In this document: one piece after another, positions 47,371-58,263 of the stretch
Layout: the number at the start of each line of letters is the position of its first letter
Numbering within the stretch: the stretch's first letter is position 1
Source of the DNA: Malacoraja senta
Lineage: Eukaryota
Reading direction: 5' to 3'
NCBI GenBank assembly: GCA_038087875.1
Contig: JAXLNO010004157.1
Location: forward strand, 62,001 to 126,000
Length of the DNA stretch: 64,000 nucleotides
Position numbers and translations under genes: made by a program
Notes under the pieces: model-generated
Database searches by the model: none
Told to the model about the DNA's origin: nothing
Seen by the model: only the letters and a program-made list of their open reading frames with translations

Positions 47371-47880
47371 GCCATTGGAGAGGTCGCAGAGGGAGGAGCT
47401 ACACCCGAGCGGTAGGACTTAAAAAGGAGCGCAGGGCTTGTTGCTTACAGAGGCCCGAGAGCTGTTGGAGAGGTCGCAGAGGGAGGAGCTACACCCGAGC
47501 GGTAGGACTTAAAAAGGAGCGCGGGGCTTGTTGCTTACAGAGGCCCGAGAGCCGTTGGAGAGGTCGCAGAAGGAGGAGCTACACACGACCGGTAGGACTT
47601 AAAAAGGAGCGCGGGGCTTGTTCCTTACAGAGGCCCAAAGAGCGTGGAGAGGTCGCAGAGGGAGGAGCTACACACGACCGGTAGGAGTTAAAAAGGAGCG
47701 CGGGGCTTGTTCCTTACAGAGGCCCAAAGAGCCGTTGGAGAGGTCGCAGAGGGAGGAGCTACACACGACCGGTAGGAGATAAAAAGGAGCGCGGGGCTTG
47801 TTCCTTACAGAGGCCCAAAGAGCCGTTGGAGAGGTCGCAGAGGGAGGAGCTACACCCGAGCGGTAGGAGATAAAAAGGAA
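47371..47880 (+). repeat. Tandem array, ~5.6 x 90 bp, GC-rich
   Basis: ttggagaggtcgcagagggaggagctacac recurs at ~90-bp spacing. Confidence 0.9.
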
Positions 47881-48019
47881 CCGAAATCTGTAACGTTCCA
47901 AGTTCCACTTCAAAAACAAGTGGGCTTGAGGAAGCCGCTGATTGGTGGACGCAGACAAGAGGGAGCAGCTGATTGGGAGTCAGATCCCTGCTGATTGTAC
48001 TGTATTGTAGCAGTTTGTT

Positions 48020-48595
48020 TTTGTATTGTATCCAGGGTAAGGGGAGTATGAGGGCCAGGGCAGTTTGTTGTTCTGGATGTCAGATGTATTGGTATCCAGG
48101 GTAAGGGGAGTATGAGGGAGAATGAGGGCAGTTTACTGTTCTGGATGTCAGATGTATTGTATCCAGGGTAAGGGGAGTATGAGGGCCAGGGCAGTTTGTT
48201 GTTCTGGATGTCAGATGTATTGTATCCAGGGTAAGGGGAGTATGAGGGCCAGGGCAGTTTACTGTTCCGGATGTCAGATGTATTGTATCCAGGGTAAGGG
48301 GAGTATGAGGGCCAGGGCAGTTTGTTGTTCTGGATGTCAGATGTATTGTATCCAGGGTAAGGGGAGTATGAGGGCCAGGGCAGTTTACTGTTCCGGATGT
48401 CAGATGTATTGTATCCAGGGTAAGGGGAGTATGAGGGCCAGGGCAGTGTGTTGTTCTGGATGTCAGATGTATTGTATCCAGGGTAAGGGGAGTATGAGGG
48501 CCAGGGCAGTTTGTTGTTCTGGATGTCAGATGTATTGTATCCAGGGTAAGGGGATTATGAGGGCCAGGGCAGTTTGTTGTTCTGGATGTCAGATG
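48020..48595 (+). repeat. Tandem array, ~9 x 63 bp, containing the CR1 ORF1 start
   Basis: Unit encodes MRARAV(C/Y)CSGCQMYCIQGKGS. Confidence 0.9.
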
Positions 48596-48893
48596 TGGGA
48601 AGTCATGGAGTCTGATAGCCCTCCAGACGTCCACATCTGCGCCAGGTGTATCGAGATGGGGCTCCTAATGGACCGTATTAGGAACCTGGAGCAGCAGCTC
48701 GATGACCTCCGTCTGGTCAGGGAGAGCGAGGAAGTCATTGAGAGGAGTTACAGGGATGTGGTCACTCCAACACCACAGGAGGCAGGCAAGTGGATCACGG
48801 TTGGGAGAGGCAAGGGGCACAGGCAGGGACTAGAGAGTACCCCGGTGGCTGTACACCTTGACAATAAGTACTCCTGTTTGAGCACTGTTGGGG
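48557..48893 (+). mobile_element. CR1 ORF1 N-terminal fragment (CxxC...CxxC zinc finger and coiled coil), 3'-truncated
   Basis: CSGCQMWE..HICARC..LEQQLDDLRLVRE..LDNKYSCL, recognised as CR1 ORF1-type. Confidence 0.75.
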
Positions 48894-49017
48894 TGGCATG
48901 ATTGATTATTCTCGTTCCGAGTCAATCAATGCAGTGAGAAGCCGGGATTGATCTACGGCATGAAATCACAAAGCTTTAAAATCTTCACGTAGTCACTCAC
49001 ATGACTCCGAAGTAAAA

Positions 49018-49325
49018 TAGTAAGATTAAACGAGAACTTACCTAAGTTTGAAGTTTGATCTTTATTTCATGAGGAATTATGTAGGTGATTACGTGCACAC
49101 CACGGCCCTACCCTCTATCATAAAGGTCAGATGGAAGTTCTTGTATTACTCATTTTATTATGAGACTATATTACTTCGGTTGTTGTTTTTTGTGATTTCA
49201 CATCGCTGCTTTGAAGATTGACGCGCAGGCGCACTGGCGGGGTTCTTCACGTAATCACCTACGTAACTCCTAATAAAATAAAGATCAAACTTCAAACTTA
49301 GGTAAGTTCTCGTTTAATCTTACTA
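49018..49325. mobile_element. Small element with ~78-bp inverted terminal repeats (MITE- or DIRS-end-like)
   Basis: tagtaagattaaacgagaacttacc...tacgtg (49018-49095) inverted at 49248-49325. Confidence 0.65.
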
Positions 49326-49700
49326 TTCTCTGCCACAGAAGGTAGTTGAGGCCAGTTCATTGGCTATATTTAAGAGGGAGTTAGATGTGGCCCTTGTGGC
49401 TAAAGGGATCAGGGGGTATGGAGAGAAGGCAGGTACAGGATACTGAGTTGGATGATCAGCCATGATCATATTGAATGGCGGTGCAGGCTCGAAGGGCCGA
49501 ATGGCCTACTCCTGCACCTATTTTCTATGTTTCTGTTTCTACGAGAGAGACCTAGATAGAGCTCTTAAAGATAGTGGACTCAGGGGATATGGGGAGAAGG
49601 CAGGAACGGGGTACTGGTTGTGGATGATCAGCCATGATCTCATTGAATGGCGGTGCTAGATCGAAGGTCCGAATGGCCTCTACTCCTGCACCGATTTTCT
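49326..49700 (+). mobile_element. Two tandem CR1 3' ends
   Basis: gatcagccatgatc..ttgaatggcggtgc..gaagggccgaatggcctactcctgcac twice. Confidence 0.82.
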
Positions 49701-50097
49701 GTGGGAGGAGCGCGTGGATTAGGTCCCAGCATGGTCAGACCACGTGGTGTGAGAGTCTGCAGCGTGGAGACTCCAGGCCCGGTAAGACTCTGGTAAGGTG
49801 ACGGCTGCAGCCCACTGGTGGGCGGTGGAGTGGCCAGGGCTGGTCGAGGCCCACGGGGAGTGGAATGGCACGCGGGCGAAGTGCCGGTCAGCGGATGAAC
49901 GGGAAGGCAGCGAGGGGCGGCGGTGTCGATGAGTCGGTGAAGGTCGGCGGCAACGGCCACGGGTGAGGCCGCGCGGGGAGGTCGACGACAGCGGCATCCT
50001 TGGTGGTCCAGGACCGAGATAGGTCAGGGAGGCGGTGAGTGTTAGTGCTTCTCCTCGTGGCAGCAATGTTGTCGCGGGGCTGTTAGTTCCGCCTGTC

Positions 50098-50480
50098 CCT
50101 TACTCCCCCAAGCTGGCTACCTCCCATCCCCTTACTCCCCCAAGCTGGCTACCTCCCATCCCCTTACTCCCCCAAGCTGGCTACCTCCCATCCCCTTACT
50201 ACCCCAAGCTGACTACCTCCCATCCATCCCCCTTACTCCCCCAAGTTGGCTACCTCCCATCCCCTTACTCCCCCAAGCTGGCTACCTCCCATTCCCATTA
50301 TTCCCCCAAGCTGGCTACCTCCCTTTCACCTTACTCCCCCTAGCTGGCTACCTCCGATTCCCCTTACTCCCCGAACCTGGCAACTTCCCATCCCCCTTAC
50401 TCCCCCAAGCTGGCCTGGCTCCCATTCCCCTTGCTCCCCCAAGCTGGCTACCTCTCCCATCCACCTTACTCCCCCAAGCT
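50098..50480. repeat. Minisatellite, ~12 x 32 bp (tactcccccaagctggctacctcccatcccct)
   Basis: Directly visible. Confidence 0.9.
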
Positions 50481-50689
50481 GGCCTGGCTCCCACCGCACT
50501 GTCACGGGCTGTGGGCCGGCAGCGCACATACACACACACACACGGAGCGGGGCCGCGGCTTCGGGCAGCGGACACACGGGGCCATAAACCCGGCAACATC
50601 CCCGTCAGCTGCAGCAGAGTTGGGGACAGACTGGTCCCTGCACCCACCCAGCGTCACTGACCATGCTGCACCGGCACCACGACCTCCCT

Positions 50690-51560
50690 ACCAGGGTGAT
50701 TCACCCCCCCGACCCACGCACCGGGGTGATTCACCCCCCCAGCCCCATATGGGGTGATTCACCCCCCACCCCCCGACCCACACACTGGAGTGATTCACCC
50801 CCGACCCGACCCACACACCGTGGTGATTCACCCTTCCCGGACCCCCACATGGGGTGATTCACCCCCCGGACCCCCATAATGGGGTAATTCACCCCCCAAC
50901 CTCACACAGCGGTGATTCACCCCCCCCCCGACCCACACAATGGAGTGATTCAACCCCCCCCCCCGACCCACACATTGGAGTGATTCAACCCCCCCCCCAC
51001 CGACCCACACACTGGAGTGATTCATCCCCCTCCCCGACCCACACACTGGAGTGATTCACCCCCCCGACCCCGACACCATGGGGATTCACACCCCCCGAAC
51101 CTTAGACAGTGCTTATTCACCCCTCCCCCGACCCACACACTGGAGTGATTCACCCCCGACCCGACCCACACACCATGGTGATTCACCCCCCCCCCGATCC
51201 TCACACAGTGGTGATTCACCCCCCCCCCGACCCACACACTGGAGTGATTCACCCCCCCCCCGAACCCCACACCATGGCGATTCACCCTCCCCCCGAACCT
51301 CACACAGTGCTGATTCACCCCCCCGACCCACACACTGGAGTGATTCACCCCCGACCCGACCCACACACCGTGGTGATTCACCCTTCCCGGACCCCCACAT
51401 GGGGTGATTCACCCCCCCACCCCCCGGACCCCCATAATGGGGTGATTCACTCCCCCCACCGGACCCCCACATGGGGTGATTCACCCCCACACCCCCAGAC
51501 ACCCACAATGGGGTGCTTCACCCCCCCCCACCCCCCGGACCCCCACAATGGGGTGATTTA
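50690..51560. repeat. C-rich minisatellite, ~31-32 bp unit (ggagtgattcacccccc..gacccacacact), roughly 27 copies
   Basis: Directly visible; gtgattca recurs. Confidence 0.9.
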
Positions 51561-52401
51561 CCAGGGTGCCGGGCTGCCTGTCGCCCTGCTGCCGCCAAAC
51601 ACCAAACGATATTGCCAAGTGCAGGAACTATCTTTGAAGTAGTGGGGAGGTGTCCGACTGCCCTATGGCGACAAATATGCATGGAGGCGAGAATAATTTC
51701 TTGTCATTTCTGGAGATGGTTGGCATTTTCTTTCATTATTGATAGTGCAACATTAATTCTGAAGAATTCCAAAGAGCACAGTTGTCAAAGTTCGTCTCTT
51801 AAAGAAAGCAGACAGCAACAAAATTGTTAAGGGTAAACCAAAGCAATATTTTAATAAATTTGCCAGGGGGGAGTTGCGAGATCTATAAAGAGCACACACG
51901 TTGCTCAGTGCTTCTTGGGCTCCACTCAAAGAACAAAGGAAAGTTAATTATACATTTTCTTATCAAAAAAACACACCTAAATCTGAGTGAAAGATCCGTA
52001 GCCTAAGGGAAACAAGGGAGGCTGGACCCATATATTTGCAATGTCAGCCTTATTCTCAAATCTAGGCACAGCTTCAGTACAGCTGCCCATTCCGGAAGGA
52101 CAACTAACTCCATTTTGTTTTCAAATGACTTCCATCTTGGTTCCAGAATGGGCATCCGTCTGTGAACTAAAACAAGCTTGTAAGACTTGGATGAAAGCCA
52201 CTACCTTGTCCTTAGCTGGGACAGGCAGTTCAGACACATATCTAATATGGTGCTGTGCCCAGACAATACATCTCTATGTTAATACATTGTCAATACATTG
52301 TTTCAATGATTAGTAGAAACCAAGCTTCTAAGATTTCCATAACTTTATTCTACTGGGAAAATTCTCTTTTAAATTTGACTGCTTTCTGTTTTTCAGCAAA
52401 T

Positions 52402-53974
52402 TTAAAAGTAACGGTGTGCAAGCAGGCTGGAGGAGCGGGCAAAGGCATTGCCACAGAGCGGGTAGGTGAAGGGGTGCTGACCGGTGTGGACTCGCCGGTG
52501 CTCCAGCAGGTGGTCAAGTCGGGTGAAGCCCTTTCCACAGGACGGGCAGGGGAAGGGACGCACACCGCTGTGGGTACGCCGGTGCTGCCACAGGCTGGAC
52601 ATGCTGGTGAAACCCTTGCCACACTCAGCGCACACATAGGGTGTCTCTCCGGTGTGTATCCGCTGGTGCTCCCGCAGCCCCCGTGCTCTCTTGTTACAGT
52701 GGGAGCAGCTGCTCGCCGGCGTGGGTCCGCTGGTGCTGCCGCAACCCCCGCGAGCTGTCAAACTCCTCACCGCAGTACGGGCAGTCGTAGGGCTGGCCAC
52801 TTTTGTGCACGCGCTGGTAAGACAGGGGGTGGGAGGCAATGGCAAAGCGCTCTCCACACACCGGGCTGGGGATGGGACCGTCGCCGGCGTGCACCCGCTG
52901 GTGGGACAGATGATAGGTGGAGCGGGTGAAGCCCTTGCCGCACTGGGTGCAGGTGTAGGGGCGCTCACCAGTGTGGGTGCGCTGATGGAACAGCAGGTGA
53001 CCGGACTGGGTGAAGCCCTTGCCGCACTGGGCGCAGGTGTAGGGGCGCTCGCCGGTGTGGGTGCACTGGTGGGATAGCAGGGTGCAGGAGCGGGTGAAGC
53101 CCTTGCCGCACTGGGTACAGGTGTAGGGGCGCTCGCCGGTGTGGGTGCGCTGGTGGGACAGCAGGTTGCCAGACTGGATGAAGCCCTTGCCGCACTGGGT
53201 ACAGGTGTAGGGGGCGCTCGCCGGTGTGGGTGCGCTGGTGCACCTGCAGGCTTCTGGAGTGAGTGAAGCCCTTGCCACACTGGGCGCAGGTGTAGGGACG
53301 CTCGCCGGTGTGGGTGCGTTGGTGCACCAGCAGGATGCTGGAGTGGGTGAAGCCTTTGCCGCACTGGGTGCAGGTGTAGGGGCGCTCGCCTGTGTGGGAG
53401 CGCTGGTGGGACAGCAGGTTGCTGGAGGAGTTGAAGCCCTTACCGCACTGGGCGCAGGTATAGGGGTGCTCGCCAGTGTGGGAGCGCTGGTGGGACAGCA
53501 GGTTGCTGGAGCGGGTGAAGCCCTTGCCGCAGTCGCTGCAGGTGTAGGGGCGCTCGCCAGTGTAGGTGCGCTGGTGGGACAGCAGGTTGCTGGAGCGGGT
53601 GAAGACCTTGCCGCAGTCGCTGCAGGTGTAGGGTCGTTCCCCGGTGTGCAGGCGCCTGTGCATCTTCAGTTCCGGCGGCGACTTGAAGCTCTTGCCGCAG
53701 TCGGAGCAGTCGAAGGGGCGTTCTCCCGTGTGAACCCGCCGGTGGATCTCCAGCCGGCTCGGGTACTGCCAGGCCTTGCCACACACGTCGCACTCATAAC
53801 GCTTCTCCTTGTTGTGCCCCCTCATGTGGTCCTCCATCAAAGCGCAGCCCCTCGAAGCTCAGCCCGCACACCGAGCAGATGGGGGGTGGGGGGGAGGGGC
53901 TCATCTGCACCCTGGCCGCCCTCAATGGCCGCTCACGTCCCCGTCTCTCCGTCCACAGCAACGGCTCCTAAACC
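52402..53974 (-). pseudogene. C2H2 zinc-finger array terminal exon, copy 1 (about 15-17 finger units, frameshifted)
   Basis: Acceptor cctcctgcag| at 53974; repeated HTGERPYTCxxCGKGF; frame changes near 53840, 53212 and 52690. Confidence 0.85.
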
Positions 53975-54524
53975 CTGCAGGAGGGGAACACAGAGGGTCA
54001 ACAAGCTGGCAAACAGGACATTACTAGGACATATTGGGTGCATTTATGGCGGAGGAAACCGTTATATAATTCTGCGCGGCACAGTGGCGCAGCGGTACAG
54101 TTGCCGCCTCACTGCCAGAGGACGGGGCTCGATCCTGACTACGGGTGCTGTCTGTGCGGAGTTTGTACGTTCTCCCCTTGACCTGCGTGGGTTTTTACTC
54201 CGGGTGCTTCAGTTTCCTCCAACATTTCAAAGACGTTCATGGTTGTAGATTAATCGGCCTCCGCAAAATTGTTAAATTGTCCCTAATGTGCGTAGGATAG
54301 TGCTAGTGTACGGATGAAAGCCACTACCTTGTCCTTAGCTGGGACAGGCAGTTCAGACACATATCTAATATGGTGCTGTGCCCAGACAATACATCTCTAT
54401 GTTAATACATTGTCAATACATTGTTTCAATGATTAGTAGAAACCAAGCTTCTAAGATTTCCATAACTTTATTCTACTGGGAAAATTCTCTTTTAAATTTG
54501 ACTGCTTTCTGTTTTTCAGCAAAT

Positions 54525-56097
54525 TTAAAAGTAACGGTGTGCAAGCAGGCTGGAGGAGCGGGCAAAGACATTGCCACAGAGCGGGTAGGTGAAGGGGTGC
54601 TGACCGGTGTGGACTCGCCGGTGCTCCAGCAGGTGGTCAAGTCGGGTGAAGCCCTTTCCACAGGACGGGCAGGGGAAGGGACGCACACCGCTGTGGGTAC
54701 GCCGGTGCTGCCACAGGCTGGACATGCTGGTGAAACCCTTGCCACACTCAGCGCACACATAGGGTGTCTCTCCGGTGTGTATCCGCTGGTGCTCCCGCAG
54801 CCCCCGTGCTCTCTTGTTACAGTGGGAGCAGCTGCTCGCCGGCGTGGGTCCGCTGGTGCTGCCGCAACCCCCGCGAGCTGTCAAACTCCTCACCGCAGTA
54901 CGGGCAGTCGTAGGGCTGGCCACTTTTGTGCACGCGCTGGTAAGACAGGGGGTGGGAGGCAATGGCAAAGCGCTCTCCACACACCGGGCTGGGGATGGGA
55001 CCGTCGCCGGCGTGCACCCGCTGGTGGGACAGATGATAGGTGGAGCGGGTGAAGCCCTTGCCGCACTGGGTGCAGGTGTAGGGGCGCTCACCAGTGTGGG
55101 TGCGCTGATGGAACAGCAGGTGACCGGACTGGGTGAAGCCCTTGCCGCACTGGGCGCAGGTGTAGGGGCGCTCGCCGGTGTGGGTGCACTGGTGGGATAG
55201 CAGGGTGCAGGAGCGGGTGAAGCCCTTGCCGCACTGGGTACAGGTGTAGGGGCGCTCGCCGGTGTGGGTGCGCTGGTGGGACAGCAGGTTGCCAGACTGG
55301 ATGAAGCCCTTGCCGCACTGGGTACAGGTGTAGGGGGCGCTCGCCGGTGTGGGTGCGCTGGTGCACCTGCAGGCTTCTGGAGTGAGTGAAGCCCTTGCCA
55401 CACTGGGCGCAGGTGTAGGGACGCTCGCCGGTGTGGGTGCGTTGGTGCACCAGCAGGATGCTGGAGTGGGTGAAGCCTTTGCCGCACTGGGTGCAGGTGT
55501 AGGGGCGCTCGCCTGTGTGGGAGCGCTGGTGGGACAGCAGGTTGCTGGAGGAGTTGAAGCCCTTACCGCACTGGGCGCAGGTATAGGGGTGCTCGCCAGT
55601 GTGGGAGCGCTGGTGGGACAGCAGGTTGCTGGAGCGGGTGAAGCCCTTGCCGCAGTCGCTGCAGGTGTAGGGGCGCTCGCCAGTGTAGGTGCGCTGGTGG
55701 GACAGCAGGTTGCTGGAGCGGGTGAAGACCTTGCCGCAGTCGCTGCAGGTGTAGGGTCGTTCCCCGGTGTGCAGGCGCCTGTGCATCTTCAGTTCCGGCG
55801 GCGACTTGAAGCTCTTGCCGCAGTCGGAGCAGTCGAAGGGGCGTTCTCCCGTGTGAACCCGCCGGTGGATCTCCAGCCGGCTCGGGTACTGCCAGGCCTT
55901 GCCACACACGTCGCACTCATAACGCTTCTCCTTGTTGTGCCCCCTCATGTGGTCCTCCATCAAAGCGCAGCCCCTCGAAGCTCAGCCCGCACACCGAGCA
56001 GATGGGGGGTGGGGGGCAGGGGCTCATCTGCACCCTGGCCGCCCTCAATGGCCGCTCACGTCCCCGTCTCTCCGTCCACAGCAACGGCTCCTAAACC
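54525..56097 (-). pseudogene. C2H2 zinc-finger array terminal exon, copy 2 (same frameshifts)
   Basis: As copy 1, offset 2123. Confidence 0.85.
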
Positions 56098-56197
56098 CTG
56101 CAGGAGGGGAACACAGAGGGTCAACAAGCTGGCAAACAGGACATTACTAGGACATATTGGGTGCATTTATGGCGGAGGAAACCGTTATATAATTCTG

Positions 56198-56510
56198 CGC
56201 GGCACAGTGGCGCAGCGGTACAGTTGCCGCCTCACTGCCAGAGGACGGGCTCGATCCTGACTACGGGTGCTGTCTGTGCGGAGTTTGTACGTTCTCCCCT
56301 TGACCTGCGTGGGTTTTTACTCCGGGTGCTTCAGTTTCCTCCAACATTTCAAAGACGTTCATGGTTGTAGATTAATCGGCCTCCGCAAAATTGTTAAATT
56401 GTCCCTAATGTGCGTAGGATAGTGCTAGTGTACGGGGTGATCGCTGGTCGGCGCAGAGTCCGTGGGCCGAAAGACCTGTTTCCGCGCTGCATCTCTAAAC
56501 TAAACTAAAC
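56198..56510 (+). repeat. HE1-like SINE (its duplicate at ~54075-54313 is cut by the duplication junction)
   Basis: A-box TGGCGCAGCGG; (AAACT)n tail. Confidence 0.85.
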
Positions 56511-56589
56511 CAAAGAAGGGTCTCGACCGAAAATGTCACCATTCCTTCTCTCCACAGATGCTGCCTGACCCGCTGAGTTACTCCAGCAC

Positions 56590-56717
56590 TCTCTCTCTGT
56601 CTCTCTCTCTCTCTTTTTCTGTCTCTCTCTCTTTCTCTTTGTCTGTCTCTCCCTCTCTCTGTCCCTCTCGTCTCTCTCTCTCTCTCTGTAACTGTCTTTC
56701 TCCCTCTCTCTATCTCA

Positions 56718-56748
<31 letters not shown>

Positions 56749-56784
56749 TCTGTCTCTCTCTCTCTCTCACTGTCTCTCTGCCGC
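56590..56784. repeat. (TC)n-rich microsatellite running into the gap
   Basis: Directly visible. Confidence 0.9.
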
Positions 56785-56991
56785 NNNNNNNNNNNNNNNN
56801 NNNNNNNNNNNNNNNNNNNNNNNNNNNNNNNNNNNNNNNNNNNNNNNNNNNNNNNNNNNNNNNNNNNNNNNNNNNNNNNNNNNNNNNNNNNNNNNNNNNN
56901 NNNNNNNNNNNNNNNNNNNNNNNNNNNNNNNNNNNNNNNNNNNNNNNNNNNNNNNNNNNNNNNNNNNNNNNNNNNNNNNNNNNNNNNNNNN
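56785..56991. other. Assembly gap (207 N)
   Basis: Run of n. Confidence 0.99.
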
Positions 56992-57941
56992 TCAATTTCA
57001 ATTAAAAAACTTTATTGGCATGATAAAAAAAAATACATTGTTATATTGCCAAAGTATAAAACATGACATACATATTTCAAATGCATAAGTATAATTACAA
57101 GTATAGTGCATGGATAGATATGTCCCTGTACATAAACTCGCAATAGGCCTATAGCCCTTTATTGATTGCTACACATTCTTGCTGCTGTAAGCAGTACAAC
57201 AGGATAGCAAGTTTAGCAATTCAATATTAATTTCTTAGTTTCAGTTAGTCAATTAATGTGTGCGACATATGTGCATATTGGTCATTCACCGTCTCTCAGG
57301 TTATGGCATGCTGTTACGTATTGTGCACCAAGATGTGCTGTACTTCCTTCACCAAGGATTATTCTTAGTTTTGATGTATCAACTAGTTCTTTGAAATCAG
57401 TGGTTGCCAGACTGAGTTTGTCAAAGTATGTTTTCCTTGTTTTATCAATTTTTTTGCATTTTAGGAGGAAGTGCACCTCTGTTTGAACCTCATCTGTCAA
57501 ACAGTGGCCGCATATTCTGCTTTCTCTTGGTTGCCAGAATCTCTTCTGTTTTCCTTTTTCAACTGCCAAATAGTGGTCACTTAGCCTGTATTTGGTGAGG
57601 GTCTGTCTCTGCTTTATGTCTCTAACAGTTGAGAGATAGTCTGCCAATTTATAATCTCTTTTTGGGGCACGGTAACATTCTAATCTGCTTAGGCTTTTGG
57701 TTTCTTTATCCCCATGTTCCAAATATGTTTCTTTACATTGTTTGATAATTTGGTTCACTCTAACTGGTGATAGGGGATCAGTATTGATCTGAGGCTGGTC
57801 AGGATTTAACTGGATAGAGTTTAACTGAATAGGGGTAGTTAATCTCAGTACCAACTGACACAGGGAACTCTTTTCTGGGCTCCCCTCTTGTGTTTTAAGA
57901 TTCAGGAGAGTTAAGCAGGAACCCTTAAACGATTTTATCAT
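56992..57941 (-). mobile_element. Non-LTR retrotransposon 3' fragment with C-terminal CCHC motif (RTE-X-like, clade uncertain)
   Basis: LTKYRLSDHYLAVEKG..RICGHC..EVQTEVHFLLKC; 3' end catgccaataaag..aattgaaattga. Confidence 0.6.
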
Positions 57942-58231
57942 TTAAAAATAGATTGGATGGGTATATGGAGAGAGATGGAAGATTCAGTGGAGACAATCCT
58001 TTGCGGAAACTACATTTTGAAGTTAGCTGGGAGATGAATGCATAGCTATCATGTCATGAGTGTTCCAGTTAGCTCATGACTTCTGAACTTGTCTTGTTCA
58101 TCAAGCTCCCTTTTCCTCAGAGTGCCAATCGTTGCACTTGTACATTGAAAGTATCAGCTCCCTTCAGAATTGGCTCCCAAAACATGGGCCTTACTCCATG
58201 TTCTCTCGGGTCAAGGAGCAGACTTTCTTTG

Positions 58232-58263
<32 letters not shown>

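Larger units (their letters stand above)
52189..56435. repeat. Head-to-tail tandem duplication, unit ~2123 bp
   Basis: All ORFs repeat at +2123; junction at 54312-54313 with GG microhomology. Confidence 0.92.

Noticed and set aside
47371-48595. Regular arrays as a possible CRISPR locus
   Set aside because: Units repeat in full with no unique spacers, there are no cas genes, and the context is vertebrate.
50035-51642. Pro/His-rich and Gly/Val-rich ORFs
   Set aside because: Products of the GC-rich minisatellites.
53226-56260. Long plus-strand Ala/Gly/Val-rich ORFs (340 and 303 aa) and Pro/Ala-rich minus ORFs
   Set aside because: Antisense or off-frame shadows of the repetitive zinc-finger array.
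56495-57088. ORFs spanning the N run
   Set aside because: Artefacts of the assembly gap and microsatellite.
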